A stretch of 64,000 nt of DNA from assembly GCA_964016885.1 (NCBI GenBank), contig OZ024742.1, forward strand, positions 247,814,001 to 247,878,000, written 5' to 3'. A program made the position numbers and the translations under genes. Below, in pieces: positions 15,656 through 25,494 of this stretch. The number at the start of each line of letters is the position of its first letter. Position 1 is the stretch's first letter. This stretch comes from Eledone cirrhosa. Lineage: Eukaryota. Under the pieces are notes generated by a model. It made no database searches and was not told the DNA's origin. It was given only the letters and a program-made list of their open reading frames with translations.

Positions 15656-15660
<5 letters not shown>
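15423..15660. mobile_element. Mini fold-back element carrying PLE termini
   Basis: Arms ATATTGTTATACTTTGGGAGGGTCATGTTGCC / GGCAACATGACCCTCCCAAAGTATTACAATAT match the ends of 31703-35305. The interior matches the PLE 3' UTR at ~25495-25570. Confidence 0.75.
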
Positions 15661-15686
<26 letters not shown>

Positions 15687-16118
15687 CTTAAGTTAAATAT
15701 TGATGCAATTCAATTCAAGCACTCAACGTACTTTTTCCACATAGGAGTGACGGAGTATATATCGAATAAGAAAAAGCGAAGTAGTTTCAGATGTTACAGC
15801 ATTATCATTAAAGGACTTTAACATCTGAAACTACTTCTTTTTCTATCTATCTATTTATCTACCTATCTATCTATCTATCTATATATATTAATCTAGCTGT
15901 CGTCTGTTCTACAGTGTGGATGTCATTCACTTCGCACAGAAGTTTTGTTCAAATTTATTGAGGAAATTTTGTGAGTTCAAACTTAATTTTGATACAATTG
16001 TGTAGCTTGACCCTCCGTCTGAACTGTCAGGCGGTGGGTCAGCTCATCTTTACCCCTCCTAGAGGTGAAAAACCTGTTTTAAAAATTTTGTGTAAAAAAT
16101 TCCAATCGTCTAACAGAA

Positions 16119-18020
16119 ATGTTAAACGCAGCGAACGAAAATAGTGGTGGGGGGACAGCGGTAGGAGTTGTAAGCTCGCACGCTTTAGTCCTCCCTTCCT
16201 TCCCAACTAACGTCATAGAGAAGGAAGGAAAAATTAAAATAAAAACGGACGAATCTGCGGAGAAAAAATTAAATGACGTAAACACAAATCTGGACTTGGA
16301 TTCCAACAACGAAAAAAAAAAATTTGAAAAATTGCATGACAATACTAATAACACAAACAAAGACACAACAAACAAAAAAATAACAGTTGAAAATAACACC
16401 ATATCAGAAAACAAAGCAGACGACAAGATTTCATTTGCACAGAAAACAAAGAAATCTTTGACTTATATAGCGGAAAACATTTCAGATGTGGTACGAAGGA
16501 TCACGGACGCCAAACAATACATAAGTGAAGGAGAGAATGGCATTTTATCGGTAAAAATGCCTCAAGAATTCACGAAAGACATTGAAAGCCGAACGGTCAA
16601 GTTTCGGACCATCAACAACAGTACAAAAAAACCTGAACAGCCTTCTCAAGCAGATATCAAAACAGTACTCACAGAAGTACTGAATGAAACAACTTTCATA
16701 AGAAAAGACAGACTGTATGGAAGCCTAGCAATTATCATGAAGAACGAATCGGCGGCAAAAAAATGTGCTTTGTCACCGATTCGTTCGAAAAATTTCACCT
16801 TTTATCCATCTTATATGGGGAAAAGAACTCAGCGCATATGGCTGGATGCAATGATGCCAGATGTGGACTACTGCTGGCTCATAGCTGGCTTCATCGATCC
16901 AGTGAATGACAACGTGATTTCCATTGGGAAAACCACAGGAAATGCGTTCAGTGGAACAGGTATAGAACTGGTAGTACAAATGAAGCCTGAACGCATCGCC
17001 CAAATACCCGACAGAATCCTATTAGAGGACCACGGGTATATAAACATTAGCGTGGAGGGGAGAAGGCCGTCCTGCCATATCTGTGCAGGCAGAGGGCACC
17101 TGAAGGCCGCTTGTCCCCAACTCAACAAAAAGAAAACCCTGCTACCAACACCAGCTCCACCACCACCACCACAACAGATAAACAAACAACAAAACTCAGT
17201 CCCACCCAACCCGTCCCTCAGTAAAACCACAACACCACCACAACACAAACAGTCACAACACATTACCCCAAAACAAAATACAGGCCCACCCAACCTCTCA
17301 CTCAATAAAACAACACAACCACCGCAGACACAACACACAACACAGTCTAACATAGTGACATCCATCTCCCCCACAAAGAAAACCAACACGGAAACATTAC
17401 CAGCAAACATACCTCTTCCCTCCAACACTGAAGATAACCCAACGAATTCGGAGGAAGAAACGGAGTCCTTCAGACAGATTAAAAGGAAAAAAAGAAAACA
17501 TGTGCAAAACACACAAGGACAAACAACCCCCACCCAAATCTCAACACAATCCAACAAAACAGAAAACACCCCTCCAGCAACAAACAAAACCAAACCTGCC
17601 CCTCCCCTCTTCGAAACACTCACACCATCGGAAAAAAAGACATTACACTATACTTACATCAACAGAAACAATAATAAATTAAATGAACTCATATACAATA
17701 ATCCTTCGGTACAAACCGAAGGTGTAAACTTTGTTTCGTCAGAAAACTACCCACATTTAAAACTAATAAAGATCCCAATGAACCTCTACCAAAAACTAAA
17801 AAAGGATTTTAAGGAGGACGTAGGACCACCCTCTGTCAAACCCATAAACCGCGTCCTACTAAAAAGCTTTCCCCCTCCCCTTCCCCTCCCCAACACAACT
17901 CCAAACACACCAACCCCACCACACACTGACGACCCCACACCACCACAAGACACCCCTTCACCCAACACCCCCGACCCCATGGAAGTCGTGCAACCCGAAC
18001 CCCGGGAAGCGGAAAGGTAG
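16119..18020 (+). CDS. LINE ORF1 (gag-like nucleic-acid-binding protein with CCHC zinc knuckle and Pro/Thr/Gln-rich C-terminus)
   Basis: 633 aa ORF with CHICAGRGHLKAAC (C-x2-C-x4-H-x4-C), directly upstream of ORF2. Confidence 0.88.
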   Translation: MLNAANENSGGGTAVGVVSSHALVLPSFPTNVIEKEGKIKIKTDESAEKKLNDVNTNLDLDSNNEKKKFEKLHDNTNNTNKDTTNKKITVENNTISENKADDKISFAQKTKKSLTYIAENISDVVRRITDAKQYISEGENGILSVKMPQEFTKDIESRTVKFRTINNSTKKPEQPSQADIKTVLTEVLNETTFIRKDRLYGSLAIIMKNESAAKKCALSPIRSKNFTFYPSYMGKRTQRIWLDAMMPDVDYCWLIAGFIDPVNDNVISIGKTTGNAFSGTGIELVVQMKPERIAQIPDRILLEDHGYINISVEGRRPSCHICAGRGHLKAACPQLNKKKTLLPTPAPPPPPQQINKQQNSVPPNPSLSKTTTPPQHKQSQHITPKQNTGPPNLSLNKTTQPPQTQHTTQSNIVTSISPTKKTNTETLPANIPLPSNTEDNPTNSEEETESFRQIKRKKRKHVQNTQGQTTPTQISTQSNKTENTPPATNKTKPAPPLFETLTPSEKKTLHYTYINRNNNKLNELIYNNPSVQTEGVNFVSSENYPHLKLIKIPMNLYQKLKKDFKEDVGPPSVKPINRVLLKSFPPPLPLPNTTPNTPTPPHTDDPTPPQDTPSPNTPDPMEVVQPEPREAER

Positions 18021-18053
18021 GTCTCTACACTCTCCTTTGGCTCTGCCGCCCAC

Positions 18054-21000
18054 ATGGATGTGTTAAGAGTAGGATGTTTGAATGCACGTGGCCTGGGCTC
18101 AACTTGGAAGCAAGCAAAGCTTCTAAATGACCTCAGGTCATGTAGTATAAATGTAATGGTTATCTGTGAGACTCGAATCAGCGTCGTGCGGCAGCTGGCC
18201 CCCACCTTCGATGACTTTGAGGTGCATGCATCTCTCTGTCAACCTGGAGGTGGGGGTGGGGTTGTCGTACTGCTGCAAAAACACCTGGGTCTTGCCGTAC
18301 AGGTTGTGCACTCGGACCCGGAGGGTCGTTTGTTGGTGCTAGACGTTGGCAGTAGTGAAAATGCGGCCTTGAGACTGGTCGCCGTCTACTCCCCTTTCGG
18401 AGCTGAACGGCCCGACTTCTTCCAGCGTTTGGAGACTTTTCTGGGAACGTCGCGTTCCCTGCTTCTAGCGGGGGATTGGAATGACATCCTGGATGCACGT
18501 TGGGACTATGCAGGAGCATGTCCTAATAGAGTGGGGTGTAACAGCCTCGAGGGGTTACTCGACCGTTTTAACTTGGTCGATAGATATCGACTAGATTTTC
18601 CAACTGTGCCTACCTGGACTTGGAGAAACCACAGTGGTCAATCTAGATCGTACTTAGATACATTCTTAGTTAGAAGTAAGGATAGGGACATATTAAGCTG
18701 TCCAGAAATGCGCACGGTTGGCTACACGGATCACAAATTAGTGACCTGCGTGGTCAATCTCGAGAAAACACATAGACAGGGTCCCAGTTACTGGAAACTT
18801 AATTTGTCCTTACCGGCAAAAGAGACTTACAGAAACCGGATTAGCAGATTAGTTAAGGAGAGGTTGACGGGTGCAATCGTCAACAACCGATGGTGGGCAT
18901 CTCTCAAAAGAGAGATTAGAACAGAATCAATAAGTTATAGCAAGATGTTAGCTGCCGATAGGAATAGAAACGAGAAAGAATTAACAGGTAAATTAGAAGA
19001 GGCAATCAAGAGCGAAGATGTGGCCAGAGTGCTGGCATCGAGGACGGCCTTGAACCAGTTTTTCGATGCAAAGCACGAAGGCTGCGTCATTCGAAGTAAA
19101 ATACGTGCTCTAAGTAATGAGGGGGCCAAAGCCGTTGGATGGGCCCGCGTGACAGAAGCTAAGAGTGGAAATCGATCCACCATCCGGTCGTTGCAAGACG
19201 AAGATGGACGCGTGATCCGGGAGCCTAAGCAGATGTGCGAGGCCTTTCAAAGGCACTTTGCCCGATTGTTCGGGGGAGGCGAGGGTCCGGGCCGGGGCGT
19301 GGATTTCGGTCCATACCTCGACGGCCTGCCGCGTCTCTCGAGCAAAGAGGCAGAGTCCTGCGAGGGACCAATCTCGGCTGATGAGATCGGAGATGCGCTG
19401 AGCCAATGCAGCAGACGCAAATCTCCAGGTCTCGATGGTATACCTTACGAACTTTATTTAGCAATGCCGGTCTTCTTCTCCGAACTCCTCGAAGCGGTCT
19501 ACTGCAATTGGCAGCAGAACGGGAGAATTCCTTGTTCTGTAGCCAAGGGCGTAGTCACGCTGGTGAGGAAGGACGAGAAAAAGGGGGATAGTATAAATAA
19601 TTTTCGGCCCATAACCCTGCTAAACACAGAGTTAAAGATTTTGGCCAAGGTGTTAGCAAAGAGGTTGGCGCTTGTCGTGGGTGGCCTGGTGGGAGATGCG
19701 CAGACATGTGCTATCCCATCCAGGTCCATTCACGATAACCTCCACCTCATGCGATACATCATAGAGAGGGTTGGCAACAAACCCGGCTTCGGTGGGGCCC
19801 TGATCAACTTGGATCAGTCTAAGGCCTTCGATAGGGTCGACCATGGTTACCTGGATGCGGTGCTAGCGGCGGCTGGGTTCGGTCCTGTTTTCAGAGGCTG
19901 GATAACTGCCCTACATAGCAACCACATCTGTTCTAGGATCAAGGTGAACGGCTACCTTTCGAAGCCGTTCGAAATCACACGATCCATTCGACAGGGGTGC
20001 CCTCTCTCCTCCCTTCTGTACGTATTGACTCTCGAGCCTTTACTGAGGAAGTTGGAGTTGTTGCAGGGTATCCCCCTGGAACCAGGATTGAGCAAAGCGG
20101 TGTCGGCCTACGCCGATGACGTAACAGTAATGGTATCAACCGACTCGGAGATCGAGGCGATCGGTACCTTACTGGAGGAGTACGAAAGGTTGTCAGGAGC
20201 GAAACTGAACCGGGAAAAATCCATCGGGCTGCAACTCGGAACGTGGAGAGGCAAACCGATGCCTCCTGACGGTGTCGTCGGACACTGGACGGAGGGCCCG
20301 GTAAAGTTGCTTGGGGTCTGGTTTGGACCGGACCTCCAGGTGGAAAAGAACTGGAACGAGGTTACGAACAAGGTGTTTGCACTAACCCAGAAATGGGCCA
20401 AGTGTAAGCTGTCCCTAAAAGGCCGGGCGGAGGTGGCGAACATTTACATAGCGTCCGTCACTTACTACCGCCTGACTGTCGTGCCTTGCCCTAAGGAAAC
20501 ACTCACCACCATGGAACGCATGCTCTTCCAATTTCTTTGGAAGAAGCGTCCTCCTATGGTGAGAAGATCCATCTGCTGCCAACAATCTTCGAAAGGAGGG
20601 CTGGGGATGCCGTGGTTGATGATGCGTAGGCACGCATTAAGGCTACGGCACCTACAGGTATTCCTCACTGGTCAACCGGTGTGGGCTCCGTTCGTGAAAC
20701 GAGCCTTTCCGAGACTCGTCTCACTCACCGAGCTACAGTCCTGGGTCAAGCAAAGATCCGGAAAACTGGGAGACTGGCACACTGAGTGTGCTCAGGCGCT
20801 CAGGGCTCTCTGGCAAGCGGGCCGGACCATCGGTGGAGAATCCACCTCATCATTCTATAGAGGGCTGGTGGCTAGCAGGGGCGATGACACCCTTGGAGAG
20901 TCGCTGGACATGGAGGAAGACGAACTGGCCAGCCTGTTCGGTAGGACTTTCGGCCCAGGACCAATGGACAACTTCCAGAAGTCACTGGCCTGGCAGTGCT

Positions 21001-21491
21001 ACCGAGGGGCTCTACCCGTTCGAGAGAGGCTCTACAGACACGGGCGCCCGGGCAGGGATCCCTCAAAAAAGATTTGCCCTAGATGCGTGCGTCACGAAGA
21101 AACCGTAGCGCACGCATTGGTGCAATGTCCGGGCGTGGCTGATCTGTGGGGCTACGCCGAACAACTGCTGTCGCGGGTGGCGCCGATTAAATTGACCGCC
21201 GAGTCCGTGATGACAATCAAACCGCCTCCCCTCTTCACAAAGGAAGCAAAGGCGGTTTTTCTGTGCGTAATAGCCATGTTGAAAGAGGTTGTTTGGTGGA
21301 CACGATTGAAAGGTCTGAGGTCAGGCAACTTCCTCTCTGGCCATAGTCTGGTCTACTTCTTCCGATATCACTTCGGAAGAAGGATAAGAATGGAGAGAGA
21401 GGTGCTTGGCCACAGGCAGTTTTATGAAAGGTGGGTGATAGTGGCGAGAATGGCTCGTGTAAATGGGCCTTCTCTGTATACCATCCTGTAG
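18054..21491 (+). CDS. LINE ORF2 polyprotein: APE endonuclease + reverse transcriptase + C-terminal CCHC zinc finger
   Basis: 1145 aa. APE motifs LNARGL, ICETR, LAGDWN, SYLDTF, TDHKLV. RT motifs KSPGLDG, NFRPITLLN, LDQSKAFDRV, RQGCPLS, AYADDV. KGGLG motif and CPRC..ETVAHALVQC. YWKLN and KGGLG are typical of L1/Tx1. Confidence 0.96.
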   Translation: MDVLRVGCLNARGLGSTWKQAKLLNDLRSCSINVMVICETRISVVRQLAPTFDDFEVHASLCQPGGGGGVVVLLQKHLGLAVQVVHSDPEGRLLVLDVGSSENAALRLVAVYSPFGAERPDFFQRLETFLGTSRSLLLAGDWNDILDARWDYAGACPNRVGCNSLEGLLDRFNLVDRYRLDFPTVPTWTWRNHSGQSRSYLDTFLVRSKDRDILSCPEMRTVGYTDHKLVTCVVNLEKTHRQGPSYWKLNLSLPAKETYRNRISRLVKERLTGAIVNNRWWASLKREIRTESISYSKMLAADRNRNEKELTGKLEEAIKSEDVARVLASRTALNQFFDAKHEGCVIRSKIRALSNEGAKAVGWARVTEAKSGNRSTIRSLQDEDGRVIREPKQMCEAFQRHFARLFGGGEGPGRGVDFGPYLDGLPRLSSKEAESCEGPISADEIGDALSQCSRRKSPGLDGIPYELYLAMPVFFSELLEAVYCNWQQNGRIPCSVAKGVVTLVRKDEKKGDSINNFRPITLLNTELKILAKVLAKRLALVVGGLVGDAQTCAIPSRSIHDNLHLMRYIIERVGNKPGFGGALINLDQSKAFDRVDHGYLDAVLAAAGFGPVFRGWITALHSNHICSRIKVNGYLSKPFEITRSIRQGCPLSSLLYVLTLEPLLRKLELLQGIPLEPGLSKAVSAYADDVTVMVSTDSEIEAIGTLLEEYERLSGAKLNREKSIGLQLGTWRGKPMPPDGVVGHWTEGPVKLLGVWFGPDLQVEKNWNEVTNKVFALTQKWAKCKLSLKGRAEVANIYIASVTYYRLTVVPCPKETLTTMERMLFQFLWKKRPPMVRRSICCQQSSKGGLGMPWLMMRRHALRLRHLQVFLTGQPVWAPFVKRAFPRLVSLTELQSWVKQRSGKLGDWHTECAQALRALWQAGRTIGGESTSSFYRGLVASRGDDTLGESLDMEEDELASLFGRTFGPGPMDNFQKSLAWQCYRGALPVRERLYRHGRPGRDPSKKICPRCVRHEETVAHALVQCPGVADLWGYAEQLLSRVAPIKLTAESVMTIKPPPLFTKEAKAVFLCVIAMLKEVVWWTRLKGLRSGNFLSGHSLVYFFRYHFGRRIRMEREVLGHRQFYERWVIVARMARVNGPSLYTIL

Positions 21492-21705
21492 GTAAAGAAG
21501 TAAAGGAGAGGGGAGCACCTTCTCCATGTGCTCCCCGGGCAAAGGATTGCACACTTTTTCGGGGGTGTGTGCAACCCCCATCACGTCCCCTCCCTTTTGA
21601 GGTTATTTTCGATTATTTTCATGTTACACCCTTTTTACTCGATTATATGTAAACTCCCCCTTTGTATTTGTCCCTTCTTTTTATGCCTTTATGGTAAATA
21701 AAGAA

Positions 21706-21802
<97 letters not shown>

Positions 21803-21810
21803 GAGAGAGA

Positions 21811-21881
<71 letters not shown>

Positions 21882-21919
21882 TGAGAGAGAGAGATGTGTG
21901 TGTGCGTATATATATATAA

Positions 21920-22480
21920 TGCGCCAGCCTCTGTATTCAGTAATCAGAAGAACGGAGGTAGGACTCAAAGCCATCATCGCAATCTTCAATTCGGTATTCG
22001 TGGCAAACATTACCTATGGCTATGAATCTTTGGTAATGACCGAAACGATACGACCGAGATTATATGCGGCCGAATTTGGGTTCTTCCGAAGGTTCTTTGG
22101 AGTAACGTTACTCGATAGAGTGCGTAGATTGGAGATGAGAGAGTTACTCCAGGTAGAGCCGCTACTTCTTCGAATCGAGAGATCATAGCTCCGATACTAT
22201 GGGCATGTGGTTAGAATGCCCCAGGAAACAATCGCTGGATAGATTTTGCTGGCAACCATAGTCGCCAGGAGACACAGGGGTAGAGAAAGTGCAAGATGAT
22301 TAAATAACATCCATGCGGTTGGTTGGACTTTATTGGGGATCTTTCCGGATCAGTTGGCTCTACTTGCTTGGGGATCTTTCCGGATCAGTTGGAGCCGGTT
22401 GCTTCTTACAAGTCCCGCTAGAAGGAGTGTTTGAGGACTCTGCCTCAACGACCCTCTTCAGGAATAGGTGGGTGAAGAGG
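21920..22480 (+). mobile_element. RTE-clade (Expander/Rex3-like) LINE 3' fragment
   Basis: ITYGYESLVMT..RLYAAEFGFFRR..GVTLLDRVR..EPLLLRIERS*LRYYGHVVRMP. Confidence 0.82.
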
Positions 22481-22650
22481 ATATATATAAAAATCAGAAA
22501 TGGTGCCCTGAAATAGCGATATATATATGAATGTATATATAGTGTATTTGGTAATACACTGTATGCGTAATTAAACGCATTTTGCAGAACTCACGCTATT
22601 GTTTTAAAGAAGTGACTATGTCACTTCTTTTTTCAACAAACAAAGGGAGA

Positions 22651-22698
22651 TAAGCTGACAGATCTCTGTTTCATACTATTGGTATTCCTCAGAGCTTA
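22651..22698 (-). ncRNA. Canonical type I hammerhead ribozyme (inverted copy)
   Basis: Reverse complement of TAAGCTGACAGATCTCTGTTTCATACTATTGGTATTCCTCAGAGCTTA. Confidence 0.88.
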
Positions 22699-23126
22699 GC
22701 ACTCCCCTTGACTTGAAAATTATGAATGTTGGATTCTTATAGAATTCCAGTAATAATCAGGAACTGATTATACAGAGCGGTTGCCGATCCAGCAAAAATT
22801 GAAAGTTAGAATTGGTGCTCTGAAATAGCGATGTATATATGAATGTATATATACTGTATTTGGTAATACACTGTATGCTTAATTAAAAGCATTTTGAAGC
22901 ACTTTAAAACAATAGCGTAAAGTCTTCAAAATGTTTTTAATTAAGCATACAGTGTATTACCAAATTCACTATATATACATTCATATATACATCGCTATTT
23001 CAGAGCACCAATTCTAATTTTCAATTTTTGCTGGACCGGCAACCGCTCTGTATAATCAGTTCCTGATTATTACTGGAACTCTATAAGAATCCAACATTCA
23101 TAATTTTCAACAAACAAGGGGAATTC

Positions 23127-23174
23127 TAAGCTCTGAGGAATACCAACAGTATGAAACAGAGATCTGTCAGCTTA
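23127..23174 (+). ncRNA. Canonical type I hammerhead ribozyme
   Basis: TAAGCT-CTGAGGA-ATAC caaca GTAT-GAAA-CAG agat CTG-TC-AGCTTA: three paired stems and a GUC cleavage triplet. Confidence 0.9.
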
Positions 23175-23284
23175 TCTCCTTTTGTTTGTTGAAAAAAGAA
23201 GTAAGTGACATAATCACTACTTTAAAACAATAGCGTAATGTCTTCAAAATGCTTTTAATTAAGCATAGAGTGTATTACCAAATA

Positions 23285-23336
<52 letters not shown>

Positions 23337-23342
<6 letters not shown>

Positions 23343-23720
23343 GTGAGGTTTTTTTTACAAAATGAAAAATAACCGAGGTGTCCTACACGAGTGAAAGTAT
23401 AAAGAAAAAGAGATGAAATCGAAAATGCAACTGAAGTCTTATTTTTTTATTTATTTATTTTTTTTTTAAATATATATATTTATTTGGTTCCTTTACCGGT
23501 TTCGCACTTCTTCTGCTTTTCAAAAGGTGAGTTGAGATGGAGGGTCTGTGGTTTTTCTCACATCTGATGTGAGAATGACCACTGACCGTCCATCTCAACT
23601 CACCTTTTGAAAAGCAGAAGAACTGCGAAACCGGTAAAGGAACCAAATAAATATATATATTTAAAAAAAAAAAAATAAGACTTCAGTTGCATTTTCGATT
23701 TCATCTCTTTTTCTTTATAT
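23337..23720. mobile_element. Palindromic mini-element with two divergent U3-A8 variant hammerheads
   Basis: Arms mirror about 23565. Plus-strand HHR 23603-23640: CCTT-TTGAAAA-GCAG aagaa CTGC-GAAA-CCGG-TA-AAGG. Relatives at 5375-5820 and 45803-46032. Confidence 0.8.
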
Positions 23721-23730
23721 ATATATATAT

Positions 23731-25300
23731 ATATAAATGAAAGGTATAGACATTGTTTTAGCGAGAAGCTAACAGTATTCCATAACATATATGCGACTAT
23801 GGCGTCAAGATTGGAAAAAGAGTTAACGTAAGATGTAGGAAAAATAATTCAAACTCATCTCAAAAGAGAATCAGGATATAAATTCATCCACAGAATTTAG
23901 TGAAATCCAGAGAAAAATCAATAGAGCCTTAACTCATGATAAAATAAAATCTAAAATACTTATCCTTCAATTTGGAAAAACATCAAATGCTCGGTGTAGT
24001 CTTAAAGACTATTTCATGAAAACTTTCAGTGGAGATGGTCACGGTTGGATTTCAATCGTCAGCAGAGCTCAACCAGCTAACCAGGACTCTCACAGATTTA
24101 TAAGCCAAAAAGGGAATTTTAAAACTGGCTAGTTCACCATCATGCGTGATTATGAAAAAACGCACATGAGGAAGACAGGGCAAGTGACGTCAGAAAGAAA
24201 TGAATGTTTGTTTACAAGAAATAACAGTCAAATACATTCCAAAAAAAAACTCTACAAAAGGAGTTCAGCAAAAAGCAATATTATCACAGTTTTTATAAAA
24301 AAAACCGGGATTAGTCACAAATAATTTAAGCACTCTAGGAAAAAAATCCGAGTATAAATATATAAATGAAAGGTATAGAAATTGTTTTAGCGAGAAGTTA
24401 ACAGTATTCCATAACATATATGCGACTATGGCGTCAAGAGGGGAAAAATAGTTAACGTAAGTTGTAGGAAAAATAATTCAAACTCATCTCAAAAGAGAAT
24501 CAGGATATAAATTCATCCACAGATTTTAGTGAAATCCAGAGAAAAATCAATAGAGCCTTAACTCATGATAAAATAAAGTCTAAAATACTTATCCTTCAAT
24601 TTGGAAAAAACATCAAATGCTCGGTATAGTCTTAAAGACTATTTCATGAAAACTTTTAGTGGAGATGGTCACGGTTGGATTTCAATCGTCAGCAGAGCTC
24701 AACCAGATAACCAGAACTCTCACAGATTTATAAGCCATAAGGGAATTTTAAAACTGGCTAGTTCACCATCATGCGTGATTATGAAAAAACGCACATGAGG
24801 AAAACAGGGCAAGTGACGTCAGAATGAAATGAATGTTTGTTTACAAGAAATAACAGTCAAATACATTCCAAAAAAAAACTCTACAAAAGGAGTTCAGCAA
24901 AAAGCAATATTATCACAGTTTTTTATAAAAAAAACCGGGATTAGTCACAAATAATTTAAGCACTCTAGGAAAAAAATCCGAGTATAAATATATAAATGAA
25001 AGGTATAGAAATTGTTTTAGCGAGAAGTTAACAGTATTCCATAACATATATGCGACTATGGCGTCAAGATGGGAAAAATAGTTAACGTAAGATGTAGGAA
25101 AAATAATTCAAACTCATCTCAAAAGAGAATCAGGATATAAATTCATCCACAGAATTTAGTGAAATCCAGGGAAAAATCAATAGAGCCTTAACTCATGATA
25201 AAATAAAGTCTAAAATACTTATCCTTCAATTTGGAAAAACATCAAATGCTCTGTATAGTCTTAAAGACTATATCATGAAAACTATCAGTGGAGATGGTCA
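23731..25300 (-). repeat. ~630-bp tandem repeat (2.5 units) with one hammerhead ribozyme motif per unit (retrozyme-like)
   Basis: Units start ATATAAATGAAAGGTATAGA at ~23731, ~24360 and ~24990 and are highly similar. HHR on minus strand at 23989-24068 and 24619-24698, partial at 25248-25300. Confidence 0.88.
24619..24698 (-). ncRNA. Type I hammerhead ribozyme motif, long stem II
   Basis: Minus strand GCTCTG-CTGACGA-TTGAAA...TTTCAT-GAAA-TAGTC ttt aa GACTA-TA-CCGAGC. Copy 3 has perfect stem I' CAGAGC; copy 1 has CA at the cleavage site. Confidence 0.75.
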
Positions 25301-25494
25301 TATATATATATATATATAAGTTTATCCCGGGTTCAATAGGGGGTAACCACAGTAAGTAAGGTACTCAATACAAATCAGTATATAACTATTTAATATATAA
25401 AAGCTTCTACAGGACTAGAACAGTTTCTTTCATGAGAAATCATCGGCAGCATGATCATCCAAATCGTTTGGATGATCATGCTGCCGATAAAATC

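Larger units (their letters stand above)
15890..21705 (+). mobile_element. Full-length, apparently intact L1/Tx1-clade non-LTR retrotransposon
   Basis: Two long uninterrupted ORFs separated by 33 bp. 3' UTR has AATAAA at 21697-21702 running into (ATCT)n, and (TCTA)n also lies upstream at 15842-15881. The 5' boundary is approximate. Confidence 0.93.
22490..23290. repeat. Head-to-head array of a ~315-bp HHR-bearing monomer (retrozyme-like)
   Basis: Direct period ~312 bp (TGGTGC.CTGAAATAGCG at 22501 and 22813) and ~318 bp (ACTTTAAAACAATAGCG at 22901 and 23219). The two halves are inverted about ~22900. Confidence 0.88.

Noticed and set aside
16868-21584. Antisense ORFs over the LINE (e.g. 16868-17623, 251 aa)
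   Set aside because: Shadows of the compositionally biased ORF1/ORF2 with no recognisable domains.
23565-23575. CTGATG at the palindrome centre as a hammerhead core
   Set aside because: It reads CTGATGT and no stem II/GAAA follows; it is simply the symmetry axis.
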